From positions 1-64,000 of the forward strand of contig JBBDYJ010000032.1 of assembly GCA_040901675.1 (NCBI GenBank): a stretch of DNA of 64,000 bases, written 5' to 3'. Every line of letters starts with the position of its first letter. The first letter of the stretch is position 1. Positions 1 to 9,589 of the stretch are shown here, in pieces. Position numbers and translations under genes: made by a program. Source of the stretch: Pirellulales bacterium (GTDB lineage Bacteria > Planctomycetota > Planctomycetia > Pirellulales > JAICIG01). Under the pieces are notes generated by a model. It worked only from the letters and a program-made list of their open reading frames with translations, was not told the origin of the DNA and did not search any database.

Positions 1-54
1 CACGCTACGACTCGACTGAGCTCGCCGAAGTCCGCTTTGCCCCAGCCACCCGGC
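1..54 (+). repeat. Dispersed palindromic repeat, family A (long form, cut by window start)
   Basis: Exact reverse complement of 60107-60160; core CACGCT...CGCTTTGCCCCAGCCACCC shared with 7349, 42829 and 50240. Confidence 0.9.
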
Positions 55-62
55 GGGGGAAC

Positions 63-96
63 GACAAGGAGACAAGGCGACAAGGAGACAAGGGGA
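63..96 (+). repeat. Octamer tandem repeat GACAAGG(A/C)
   Basis: Four units seen directly; the same unit recurs at 50155-50187. Confidence 0.85.
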
Positions 97-203
97 ACGC
101 GGGGGAGGCGGGGTTGTTGCGGCCGGGCGGGTGCGCGGTTAGTCTTTGATGCGCTGGCGTTGTTGTTTCGCGGGGCCACACCCAGCCATTCCGGCGGACT
201 GCC

Positions 204-656
204 ATGATCCTGGACCGCCTCGAGCAGGCCAAGCAGTATTTTGCCCTCCACCCGGGGTTCCGTCCGGCGTTTGAGTTCCTGTACGAGGCGGATTTCACCA
301 AGATGACTTCCGGCCGCCACCTGATCGACGGCGAGCGGCTGTTCGTGATTGCCGGCATCGATCCGGGCCGCGGGCACAGCGGGGCCAGGCTCGAAGCGCA
401 TCAGAGATATATTGACATCCAACTGACGCTGGCCGGCGACGAAGAGATCGGCTGGAAGCCGGTGTCCGGCTGCCATCCGGTATCGGCCTACCAACCCGAA
501 AAAGACCTGCTGCTGTTCATGGATAAGCCGGAAAGCTGGGTGGCCGTGCGGCCCGGTTCGTTCGGCATCTTCTTTCCGCACGATGCCCATGCGCCGCTGG
601 GAGGCGAGGGGCGGCTGCACAAGGCGGTCGTCAAAGTCGCCGTGGACTGGGAATGA
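204..656 (+). CDS. YhcH/YjgK/YiaL (DUF386) family protein
   Basis: MILDRL start, EAHQRYIDIQ and IFFPHDAHAP motifs, KAVVKV end. Confidence 0.92.
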   Translation: MILDRLEQAKQYFALHPGFRPAFEFLYEADFTKMTSGRHLIDGERLFVIAGIDPGRGHSGARLEAHQRYIDIQLTLAGDEEIGWKPVSGCHPVSAYQPEKDLLLFMDKPESWVAVRPGSFGIFFPHDAHAPLGGEGRLHKAVVKVAVDWE

Positions 657-780
657 TGTCGCCGTGGGCATCGCCGCCGCCCAGCCGATCGACCGCGAGC
701 GAGGGCCCGACTCGGCCGGCGCTGCCAGCGGGGACGAAGCGGTGAGCTGAAAAAGGGCCCGGTCTTGCGGTTGAATGTGT

Positions 781-809
781 TTGACCCCGATTCTGGAGGG
801 GCTTAGAAT
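781..809 (+). promoter_or_regulatory. Sigma70-type promoter
   Basis: TTGACC-17 nt-TAGAAT upstream of the ORF at 882. Confidence 0.65.
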
Positions 810-881
810 GCGTGTTCGGAAAAGGAAGGTCGCGACACGTCTTCTTTTTTCTTAACACGTTCTCGGTCGCGAGCCAGGTAC

Positions 882-1355
882 ATGTTGCCATCGAGTGCAG
901 GGGCAAAGAGCCGGCGTTGGCGGTGCCCCCCGGGGATATGGGTTGCCCCGGCGCTGGTCTGGCTGTTGGCGGCCGCCACGGCTTCGCAGGCCCGTGCCGC
1001 CTGCGGCGACTACGTGAACGTGGGCCACTCGGCGGACCCCGGGTGGATTTACTTGGGGGGCCAGGCGATGGGCGTGGGATTTCAATTGTCTCGCCTGTCG
1101 GCGGCCGGCCTGATAAGCGACTTTGGCGAGCACTCCAGGCCGTTGCCCGGCTGCCACGGGCCGAGTTGCTCGCGCCATCTTCCGTTGCCACTCGACCGGG
1201 TGCCTGGCTCGACTTCCGGCGGTGGCGAGCAATGGGCTTGCTTTCTGGTCAGGGCCGACATTTCACTTCGCCAACCGCGGCTGTGCGAGCTTGGCTTGCT
1301 GATTCGCCTCTCGGAAGGTCACCCCTTCGCGTTGGAACGTCCGCCCTGCGTCTGA
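882..1355 (+). CDS. Secreted Cys-motif protein with C-terminal RPP (DUF2946-like leader candidate)
   Basis: Signal peptide ending ARA-A, CGDY and CHGPSCS motifs, ends LERPPCV; has its own promoter. Confidence 0.6.
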   Translation: MLPSSAGAKSRRWRCPPGIWVAPALVWLLAAATASQARAACGDYVNVGHSADPGWIYLGGQAMGVGFQLSRLSAAGLISDFGEHSRPLPGCHGPSCSRHLPLPLDRVPGSTSGGGEQWACFLVRADISLRQPRLCELGLLIRLSEGHPFALERPPCV

Positions 1356-1609
1356 TGAATCGGGCGGCATGGGCAAATTGCCGCCGCGATTCGGCCGGCG
1401 GGGCCGCAGCGCCTTTGCGCCGCCTCCAGCGCGCCACGAACCCGGTGGGTGCCGAGCGCGCCCTAATGCGCTGGAGCTTTTGACGCGCTAGGCGGCGAAG
1501 GGTCGGCCCCGGCGACCCGGTGATCCAAGCGGCGTGGCGCGCCCCGCAGGCGGAAACCGGGAATGACGGCGACAAGGCTTGATTTGTTCTTGATAGGGAG
1601 TTGATTGTC

Positions 1610-4495
1610 ATGTCCATAACCACACCCGTTGGCCCGGCGACGCAGCCCCGCAAGTACGTGCGGGCCGTAGGACCACGGCTGCGAATTCTGCTCTACGCGG
1701 TGTTTGCGCTGGTGGCGCTGTTGGGAGCCAACTCCGGCTACCTGGCAGGCATCACGGCTTTGCAGGCCTTCACCGGCCGGACGTACGAGAACTACTTCTA
1801 CTTTTATATGTTCCTGGCGCACCTGGTGCTGGGCCTGGTGTTGATCGGGCCGTTCCTGGTGTTTGGCATGATCCACATGTCGAATTCCCGCAACCGGCGA
1901 AACCGCCGGGCGGTGCGTGTCGGCTATGCGCTGTTTGCGGTCGCCGTGACCGTGCTGGTCTCGGGCCTGCTGTTGATCCGGGTGGTCGGCGCATTCGAGC
2001 TCAAGAACCCCTTGGCACGCTCGACGGTGTACTGGCTGCACGTGATCACGCCGCTGGCGGCGGCCTGGCTCTACTGGCTGCACCGGCTGGCCGGGCCGCG
2101 GATCAAGTGGCGGGTGGGGCTGGTGTATGGGGGCGTGGTGGGGGCCGTGGTGCTGGCCATGGTGGCATTGCACTCGCAGGACCCGCGGCAGTGGAACGTC
2201 ACGGGCCCCAAGGAAGGCGAAAAGTACTATGCTCCGTCGTTGGCTCGCACGTCGACCGGAAACTTCGTCGACCAGGACGTGCTGATGATGGACACCTACT
2301 GCATGAAGTGCCACCAGGACGCCTACAACGGCTGGTTCCATAGCGCGCATCACTTCAGCTCGTTCAACAACCCGGCCTACCTGGCCGCGGTGCGCGAGAC
2401 GCGCGAGGTGGCCTATAAACGGGATGGGAACATGCAGGCCTCGCGATGGTGCGCCGGCTGCCATGACCCGGTGCCTTTCTTCAGCGGGGCTTTCGACGAT
2501 CCCGAGTACGACGTGGTCAACCATCCGACCGCACAGGCGGGGATCACCTGCACGGTCTGCCATGCGATTACGCACGTGAACAGCACGCGGGGCAACGCGG
2601 ATTTCACGATCGAGGAACCGATTCACTACCCGTTTGCCTTCAGCAGCAACCCGGTTTTGCAGTTCATCAACCAGCAGCTCATCAAGGCCAAGCCTTCGCT
2701 GCACAAGAAGACGTTCTTGAAGGACTTCCACACGTCGGCGGAGTTCTGCTCCACCTGCCACAAGGTGCACCTGCCGCGCGAGCTGAACCATTACAAGGAG
2801 TTCCTCCGCGGACAGAACCATTACGACGCCTACCTGCTCAGCGGCGTATCCGGGCACGGCGCCCGCAGCTTCTACTACCCGGACAAGGCGAAGCACAATT
2901 GCGCGGAGTGCCACATGCCGGCCAAGAGGTCCGAGGATTTCGGCGCCCGCTTGATCGCGGGCTCCGACGGGCTGTCGATCCACGACCACATGTTTCCGGC
3001 CGCCAATACGGCCATCGGCTGGTTCCTGGACGACCCGGCCGCCATCCGCGCGCACCAGGATTTTCTGGCCGACGTGATGCGGCTTGACATTTTTGGGTTG
3101 AAGGAGGGGGGCCGCATCGACGGCGCCTTGTCCGCGCCGCTGCGGCCCGACGTGCCGGCGCTCGAGCCGGGCAAACAGTACCTGCTGGAGACGGTGATCC
3201 GCACCATGAAGATGGGCCACCTGTTCACGCAGGGCACCGTCGACTCAAACGAAGTCTGGGTGGACGTGACGGTGACCAGCGGCGACCGCGTCATCGGGCG
3301 CAACGGAGGCATGAGCGAGGAGGGCGAAGTCGATCCCTGGTCGCACTTTGTCAACGTGTTCATGCTCGACCGCGAAGGGCGGCGCATCGACCGCCGCAAC
3401 CCGCAGGACATTTTCGTGCCGCTCTACAATCACCAGATCCCGCCGGGCGCGGCGCAGATCGTTCACTTTTCGCTGGAACTGCCCGACGACCTAGCGACGC
3501 CGGTCACGGTGGAGGTGAAGCTGCAATACCGCAAGTTCGACCAGCGGTACATGGAGTTCGTCACCGAGACGGCCAAGCCGGGCGACTTGCCCATTCGGGG
3601 CCACGTGCCGGGACAAAAGTACAAGAACCGCCTGCCGGTCACCACGCTGGCCGTCGACCGGATGACCTTCCCCGTGCGCGGCGTCGCGGAAACGGTGAGC
3701 AACACCACGCCGAAGATCCCGCTCTGGCAGCGCTGGAACGACTACGGCATTGGGCTGTTGCTCGAAGGGCAGAGCGTGCAAGCCCGAGGCGAGCTGCTGC
3801 AAGCGGCCGATGCCTTCTCGAAGGTGGAGGAGCTGGGCCGGTTCGACGGGCCGCTGAACCTGGCCCGCGTCTACTATAATGAGGGCCGCCTGGACGAAGC
3901 GGTCGAAGCGCTGCAGCGGGCCGCCGCGCATAAAGATCCGCCGGCGCCGTCCTGGACGCTAGGCTGGCTGAGCGGGCTGGTCAACCGCCAGCAGGGCCGC
4001 TTGCAGGAGGCCGAGCAGAACTTCCGCAGTGTGCTGGAGGTCAAGACGGCGGAGATGATCGAGCGGGGCTTCGACTTCAGCCTGGATTACGAGGTGATCA
4101 ACGAGCTGGGGCTGACGCTTTTCGACCTGGCCAAGCAGGCCCGCGGCAAGTCGCGGGCCGGCGAGCGCGAGAAGTATCTGCGGCAGGCGGTCGAGCAGTT
4201 CGAAAACACTCTGGCCATCGACTCGGAAAACGTGACCGCGCATTACAACCTGCAACTGCTGTACGGTCAGCTTGGCGACAAGGCCAAGGCCGCCGAGCAC
4301 CACAAGCTGCACCAGCGGTACAGGCCGGACGACAACGCGCGGGACCGGGCCATTGCGTTGGCCCGCAAGCGCTATCCGGCCGCCAACCACGCGGCCGAGG
4401 CGATCGTCATCTATTCGTTGCACCGGGCGGGAGCGCCCGGCCTGGCGGAGCAGCCGGCCGGCGCAGGGCACAAACAGGCTGGAGGTGGCCATTGA
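1610..4495 (+). CDS. Membrane-anchored pentaheme c-type cytochrome (c554-like) with C-terminal TPRs
   Basis: About 5 N-terminal TM helices; CMKCH, CAGCH, CTVCH, CSTCH, CAECH; TPR-like helices; GGGAG upstream of ATG 1610. Confidence 0.9.
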   Translation: MSITTPVGPATQPRKYVRAVGPRLRILLYAVFALVALLGANSGYLAGITALQAFTGRTYENYFYFYMFLAHLVLGLVLIGPFLVFGMIHMSNSRNRRNRRAVRVGYALFAVAVTVLVSGLLLIRVVGAFELKNPLARSTVYWLHVITPLAAAWLYWLHRLAGPRIKWRVGLVYGGVVGAVVLAMVALHSQDPRQWNVTGPKEGEKYYAPSLARTSTGNFVDQDVLMMDTYCMKCHQDAYNGWFHSAHHFSSFNNPAYLAAVRETREVAYKRDGNMQASRWCAGCHDPVPFFSGAFDDPEYDVVNHPTAQAGITCTVCHAITHVNSTRGNADFTIEEPIHYPFAFSSNPVLQFINQQLIKAKPSLHKKTFLKDFHTSAEFCSTCHKVHLPRELNHYKEFLRGQNHYDAYLLSGVSGHGARSFYYPDKAKHNCAECHMPAKRSEDFGARLIAGSDGLSIHDHMFPAANTAIGWFLDDPAAIRAHQDFLADVMRLDIFGLKEGGRIDGALSAPLRPDVPALEPGKQYLLETVIRTMKMGHLFTQGTVDSNEVWVDVTVTSGDRVIGRNGGMSEEGEVDPWSHFVNVFMLDREGRRIDRRNPQDIFVPLYNHQIPPGAAQIVHFSLELPDDLATPVTVEVKLQYRKFDQRYMEFVTETAKPGDLPIRGHVPGQKYKNRLPVTTLAVDRMTFPVRGVAETVSNTTPKIPLWQRWNDYGIGLLLEGQSVQARGELLQAADAFSKVEELGRFDGPLNLARVYYNEGRLDEAVEALQRAAAHKDPPAPSWTLGWLSGLVNRQQGRLQEAEQNFRSVLEVKTAEMIERGFDFSLDYEVINELGLTLFDLAKQARGKSRAGEREKYLRQAVEQFENTLAIDSENVTAHYNLQLLYGQLGDKAKAAEHHKLHQRYRPDDNARDRAIALARKRYPAANHAAEAIVIYSLHRAGAPGLAEQPAGAGHKQAGGGH

Positions 4496-6408
4496 GCGAC
4501 CAGGAAAAAAGGGCGGACGAGCGGGCGGAGCCGGTCAATATGGATTCAGCCGAACGGCCGCCGACCGAGGCGATCGAGCATGCCGAACTGGAACGGGACG
4601 ATGCCGTGATCGGCAAGGCGCTGCGCTGGTCGCTGGTGGTGATTGTGCTGCTGACCGCGGGCGTCAGCGGCGCGGTGTATTGGAGCTGGCGCGAGCCCCC
4701 GGTGGTGGCGGCCGCCGCCCGGCCCTTGGATGCGGTGGAAAAACGCGGGGCCTCCCCGGAGCGAATTCCGCGGATCGAGTTCAAAGACATCACGCGGGAG
4801 GCGGGCATCGAGTGGGTCCACGAGAACGGGGCTTATGGCGAAAAGCTGCTGCCCGAAACCATGGGAGGCGGCTGCGCGTTTTTCGATTTCGACAACGACG
4901 GCCAGCAGGACCTGTTGTTGATCAACTCGTCGCATTGGCCCTGGCGCGAGGAGGGCGCCGCCCGGCTGGCCACCACCGCTCTGTATCGCAACGACGGCCA
5001 GGGAAACTTTAAAGACGTGTCGGCCGAGGGCGGCCTGGACGTGAGCTGCTACGGCATGGGCGTTGCCGTAGGCGACTACGACGGCGACGGCTGGGTGGAC
5101 GTCTTCATTTCGGCGGTCGGCAAGAACCTGTTGTTTCGCAACGTGGGCGGCAAATTCGAGGACGTCACGGACGAGGCCGGCGTGGCCGGCGGCGAGGGCG
5201 ACTGGAGCACCAGTTGCTGCTTCTTCGACTACGACAACGACGGCGACCTGGATTTGTTCGTGTGCAACTATCTGCAATGGACGCGCGAGATCGACGTGGG
5301 GCTGAACTGCACGCTGACCGGGCACGGGCGGGCCTACTGCCGGCCCGACGCCTTCGCGGGAACGTTTCCGTTTTTGTACCGCAACGACGGGCAGGGCAGA
5401 TTCACCGACGTTTCGGCCTCGGCCGGCGTGCAAATCACCAACTCACTGACCGGCGTGCCGCTGGCCAAGTCGCTGGGCGTTGTGCCGATCGACCTGGACA
5501 ACGATGGCTGGATCGACCTGGTGGTGGCCAACGACACAGTGCAGAACCTGGTGTTTCACAATTTGGGCGACGGCACGTTCGAGGAACTGGGGGCCTTGAT
5601 CGCCGTGGCCTACGACAGCAACGGCAATGCCCGCGGGGCGATGGGCATCGATGTGGCCCGTTTCCGCAACGACAACACGATCGGCCTGGTCATCGGCAAC
5701 TTCGCCAACGAGATGACCGCGCTGTACGTGTCGCAGGGGGGCGCGATGCAGTTCTCCGACGACGCCATCGCCACCGGGCTGGGGCCGCCTTCGCGGCTGA
5801 TGCTCAAGTTCGGCCTGTTCTTCTTCGATTACGACCTCGATACGCGGCTGGACATATTCACCGCCAACGGGCACTTGGAAGAAGACATTCACAAGGTGCA
5901 GGCCAGCCAGCACTATGAGCAGCCTCCGCACCTGTTCCGGAACTTCGGGCCGGAGGCCGACTCGGAGTTCGTGCTGGTGCCGCCGGATTATTCGGGCGAC
6001 GATTTCTCCCGTCCCATGGTGGGCCGCGGCGCGACCTATGCCGACATCGATGGCGACGGCGACCTGGACGTGCTGGTGACGGCGATCGGCTCTCCGCCCC
6101 GGCTGCTGCGGAACGAGCAGAAGCTCGGGTACCATTGGCTGCGGGTCAAGCTGATCGGCACCAGCGCCAACCGCGATGCGATCGGCGCCTGGGTCGAGGT
6201 GCAGTTGGGATCGACGGTGATGAGCCGCCAGGTGATGCCCACCCGCAGCTATCTTTCGCAGGTCGAGTTGCCCGTAACGTTCGGCCTGGGTGACGCCACC
6301 CGCGTCGATCGTTTGCGGGTCCGTTGGCCCGACGGGTCGGTGCAGGACGTGCCCGACGTTCAAGGAGACCAGACGCTTATCGTCAAGCAGGCCACGGAAG
6401 TCGAGTAG
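4492..6408 (+). CDS. CRTAC1-family FG-GAP repeat / ASPIC-UnbV protein
   Basis: DxDNDGxxDL repeats, LPETMGGG, NRDAIGA...SYLSQ...FGLG C-terminal domain, one N-terminal TM; overlaps upstream stop. Confidence 0.92.
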   Translation: MSDQEKRADERAEPVNMDSAERPPTEAIEHAELERDDAVIGKALRWSLVVIVLLTAGVSGAVYWSWREPPVVAAAARPLDAVEKRGASPERIPRIEFKDITREAGIEWVHENGAYGEKLLPETMGGGCAFFDFDNDGQQDLLLINSSHWPWREEGAARLATTALYRNDGQGNFKDVSAEGGLDVSCYGMGVAVGDYDGDGWVDVFISAVGKNLLFRNVGGKFEDVTDEAGVAGGEGDWSTSCCFFDYDNDGDLDLFVCNYLQWTREIDVGLNCTLTGHGRAYCRPDAFAGTFPFLYRNDGQGRFTDVSASAGVQITNSLTGVPLAKSLGVVPIDLDNDGWIDLVVANDTVQNLVFHNLGDGTFEELGALIAVAYDSNGNARGAMGIDVARFRNDNTIGLVIGNFANEMTALYVSQGGAMQFSDDAIATGLGPPSRLMLKFGLFFFDYDLDTRLDIFTANGHLEEDIHKVQASQHYEQPPHLFRNFGPEADSEFVLVPPDYSGDDFSRPMVGRGATYADIDGDGDLDVLVTAIGSPPRLLRNEQKLGYHWLRVKLIGTSANRDAIGAWVEVQLGSTVMSRQVMPTRSYLSQVELPVTFGLGDATRVDRLRVRWPDGSVQDVPDVQGDQTLIVKQATEVE

Positions 6409-6535
6409 CGGGTTGAGGGTGGAGTCGACGGCGGTTCAGGCACGCTAGCCAAAATCCGCAGAGTTCGGTATCGTGGGCGGGGGTCGAGATTCGGTTACCC
6501 CCCACCCTCCACCATTCCCACGTTCCGGAGATCCC

Positions 6536-7291
6536 ATGCCGCAGACTACCCGGCGGACGTTTACCCGCGAGGCCTTGGGCTCGATCCTGACGTTCTCGCT
6601 GCTGGAGACTTTGGGCCGGCACGATTTGTTCGCCGGCGAAGTGAAGCCGATCACGACCCGCTGGCTGGCCGAGGTGAATCAACTCGGCCTGGATCTCAAG
6701 GACCAGAAGCTCGAGCAGACCCAATGGCAGGCCAAGGTCGAGGAACTGTATGCGCAGGTCGATCTGGACGAACTGCTGAAGCTGATCGATTTCAACCGGC
6801 TGGCCGGCGGCGCCAAGCTGATCGATAACGGCGCGCTGAGCCTGCGGTTCAAGTTCCCGGAGGTCGAAGGAGTGCCCCGATCGCTGTCGTTCGGCAAGCA
6901 GATCTTCGCCCTGAAAAAAGGCCGCTCGGTGGTGCCGCACGGCCACAATAACATGGCCACGGCCTTCCTGATCCTGAAGGGCGAGCTTCACGGCCGGCAC
7001 TACGACCGGATCAAGGACGAAGAGGAGCATTTCCTGATCAAGCCGACGATCGACCGCAAGTTCGGGCCCGGCGAGTGCTCGACGATTTCGGACTACAAGG
7101 ACAACATCCATTGGTTCCAGGCGATCACCGAGCCCTCGTTCATCTTCAATATCCACGTCAACGAGGTGAATCGTGATAACCGCGAGCCGACCGGCCGGCT
7201 GTACTTGGATCCCAAGGGCGAACAGCTCGCCGGCGGCCTGATCCGAGCGCCTAAGCTCGGCTACGAGGAAGCCCACCGCCGGTACGGGTAA
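6536..7291 (+). CDS. Putative Tat-exported cupin (cysteine dioxygenase-like fold)
   Basis: TRRTF twin-Arg motif; VPHGHNNM...NIHWF His triad; GGAG RBS. Confidence 0.7.
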   Translation: MPQTTRRTFTREALGSILTFSLLETLGRHDLFAGEVKPITTRWLAEVNQLGLDLKDQKLEQTQWQAKVEELYAQVDLDELLKLIDFNRLAGGAKLIDNGALSLRFKFPEVEGVPRSLSFGKQIFALKKGRSVVPHGHNNMATAFLILKGELHGRHYDRIKDEEEHFLIKPTIDRKFGPGECSTISDYKDNIHWFQAITEPSFIFNIHVNEVNRDNREPTGRLYLDPKGEQLAGGLIRAPKLGYEEAHRRYG

Positions 7292-7294
7292 ATC

Positions 7295-7332
7295 GAAGGC
7301 AGAAGGGCGAAGGAGGAAGGAGGAAGGAGGAA
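7295..7332 (+). repeat. Heptamer tandem repeat GAAGGAG-like
   Basis: Seen directly after the stop codon. Confidence 0.8.
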
Positions 7333-7348
7333 TTGGAACACGGACGAA

Positions 7349-7383
7349 GACTGGGGCACGCTGCGCTTTGCCCCAGCCACCCG
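7349..7383 (+). repeat. Family A palindromic repeat (short form)
   Basis: CTGGGGCA-cgctgcgctt-TGCCCCAG-ccaccc hairpin. Confidence 0.85.
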
Positions 7384-7703
7384 ACGTGGGGAATGGGGCG
7401 AGCGGCTGGGGGGATTTGCGGATGCCGCAAGCGGCGCAGGCTGGGCGGAGCTTGCGGACGGGCCGGTGGTCCGATACGCTGGGATTCACCTGCTTGAACT
7501 ACCGCGCCCGCTGGGACGGCGCCTCAATCGGCAATTGCCGGCGGGCTCATTTTTTGAGGGGCCCGATCGGTGAACCGCCTGGGGTGGGCCGCCGTAGACA
7601 GGCACGGTGAGGCAAGCAGGTGCGGGGCGGTGCTTTGCCCCGCTTGCGGCGCGCGCGTTGGTTCGTGTCCCGTGGTCGTTTATTCAAGAAAAATGAGGAA
7701 ACT

Positions 7704-8276
7704 ATGAGACTGTTGACAAGCCTTTGCGTGGCCGTGGTCTTGGCCGGCGGCGTCTCGCTGGCCGAAGCCAAGGAGATCAAGAGCGGGCTGGAGCCCGGCA
7801 AATTCATCGACGCCTTCGACGTGGTCAAGTGCGCGGGCGCTGCCGACGACGGCGTCGAGGTCGGCGACCAGCTCTGCTATCGCTGCAAGTACGGCGGCCG
7901 CCCGATGGTCATGGTTTTTGCCCGCAAGAGCGACAAGAACCTGGTGTCGCTGGTCAAGAAGCTGGACACCGCGGTCGAGAAGAACTCGGACAAGGAACTG
8001 GCGGCTTTCGTGAACCTGGTCGGTGAGGACCGCGAGGCCCTCGAAACCGAAGCCAAGAAACTGGGCGAAAAGAACAAGGTCCAGAAGGTGGCGATCGTCG
8101 TTCCCGTCGAGTTCGAGAACGGACCTGAGAACTACGGCATCAGCCCCGACGCCACGGTCACCGTGATCCTGGCCGCCGGAGGCAAGGTCGTCGCCAACCA
8201 TGCCGTGGGCGAGGACGGCCTGGATGAAGACTCCGTCAAGGCCATCCTGGCGGACGTCAAGAAGCTCGTGAAGTGA
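7704..8276 (+). CDS. Secreted hypothetical protein, probable thioredoxin-like fold
   Basis: Signal peptide, GAGG RBS, LCYRCKYGGRPMVMVFAR motif, strong codon bias. Confidence 0.75.
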   Translation: MRLLTSLCVAVVLAGGVSLAEAKEIKSGLEPGKFIDAFDVVKCAGAADDGVEVGDQLCYRCKYGGRPMVMVFARKSDKNLVSLVKKLDTAVEKNSDKELAAFVNLVGEDREALETEAKKLGEKNKVQKVAIVVPVEFENGPENYGISPDATVTVILAAGGKVVANHAVGEDGLDEDSVKAILADVKKLVK

Positions 8277-8340
8277 TTTGCTGATCAACTGCTGACGGGG
8301 TCAGGTGACCCTTACTTCCGTAACGCGCGCGCAAGAGCAT

Positions 8341-8385
8341 AAGGCCGCGACTCGACCGGCAACGGCAGTCGCGGCCTTGGCTTTT
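8341..8385 (+). terminator. Rho-independent terminator
   Basis: AAGGCCGCGACT...AGTCGCGGCCTT stem followed by GGCTTTT, between convergent genes. Confidence 0.75.
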
Positions 8386-8439
8386 GGAGTCGGCAACGTG
8401 GATTGGGGACGATCAAGGGGCTGGATGCGCGCGTGCTGA

Positions 8440-9513
8440 TCAATGCGGGGCGTGCTCGCTTGGAAACTGACTTTGAATGGTCAGCACGTCGTCCAGCGAC
8501 GCCAAAAAGAGCTCGAGCAGCTTGGGGTCGAAGTGGGTGGCGGATCCTGCGCGCATGATGTCCAAGGCCTGGTCCAGCGAAAAAGCGGGCCGGTAGACGC
8601 GGTCGCTGGTGAGTGCATCGAACACGTCCGCGATGGCGGCGATCCGCCCGGCCAGCGGTATTGCCTCGCCGGCCAGGCCGCGGGGATAGCCGGTGCCATC
8701 GTACTTTTCATGGTGCGTCAGCGCGATCGTTGCCGCCGTCTGGAGCAGAACCGCCCGCGAACCCTGGAGGATGCGGTAGCCGATTTCGACATGCCGCTGC
8801 ATAATCTTCCGCTCGTCTTGGGTGAGCGGCCCCGCCTTATGGAGGACGTGATCGGGAATGCCCACCTTTCCCAGGTCATGGGTGGTGCTGGCCAGGCGGA
8901 TCAGCTTGGCATGCTCGGCGTCTTCTCCGGCCCGCTGGGCCAGGAGGCCGCAGTAGCGGCTCATCCGCTCGACGTGCCGGCCGGTTTCGTCGTCGCGGCA
9001 TTCGCCGGCGATGGCGAGGCGGAGGATCATCTCCTCGACGTCGGTGTACGCGTCGCCCAGGAAACTGCTCAATTCGAGCATGGAAACCGTTCGCTCTTCC
9101 AGGGTCTGCTCGACCTGGGTGCGGTGGTCCCGGTTGGCTTTTTCGCGCATGCGGCGAATGAGGGCCGCGCGGACCTGGATCAGTAAGTCGTTTTTTTCGA
9201 AGGGCTTCACGAGATAGCCGTAAGTTCCCGCCTCCAAGGCCTGCTTGGCGACCTTCAAGTCATCCAGGCCCGTAACGATGAGCGTGGCCGTGGCCGGGAA
9301 TTCGTCTCGGATGAACTTGGCCAGGCTCAGGCCCGACTCGCCCGGCATGTTGACATCGACCAGGGCCAAATCGAAGCGCTGCCGCAGCAGGCACTGCCGG
9401 GCCTCGGCCGCCGACGCGGCCGTGGTGCACGAGTACCGCTCGCCCTGGAGCATCCGCACTTCCAGTTTCCGCAGCCGCTCTTCGTCATCGACGACCAGGA
9501 CCTTTGCTGCCAT
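8440..9513 (-). CDS. REC + HD-GYP response regulator (RpfG-like c-di-GMP phosphodiesterase)
   Basis: VLVVDD...DVNMPG...YLVKPF receiver; HDLGKVG, HHEKYDGTGYP, IADVFDALTSDRVY. Confidence 0.95.
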   Translation of the reverse strand: MAAKVLVVDDEERLRKLEVRMLQGERYSCTTAASAAEARQCLLRQRFDLALVDVNMPGESGLSLAKFIRDEFPATATLIVTGLDDLKVAKQALEAGTYGYLVKPFEKNDLLIQVRAALIRRMREKANRDHRTQVEQTLEERTVSMLELSSFLGDAYTDVEEMILRLAIAGECRDDETGRHVERMSRYCGLLAQRAGEDAEHAKLIRLASTTHDLGKVGIPDHVLHKAGPLTQDERKIMQRHVEIGYRILQGSRAVLLQTAATIALTHHEKYDGTGYPRGLAGEAIPLAGRIAAIADVFDALTSDRVYRPAFSLDQALDIMRAGSATHFDPKLLELFLASLDDVLTIQSQFPSEHAPH

Positions 9514-9589
9514 TGGCTGATTGCCTCGTGACAAGAATGAAGGGAACGTGCCACACAACGCGCGGACGACCCGAACCGCGGATGCCGGA

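Noticed and set aside
819..853. Hairpin plus U-tract just after the promoter (attenuator)
   Set aside because: Weak, AU/GU-rich stem; cannot be distinguished from chance.
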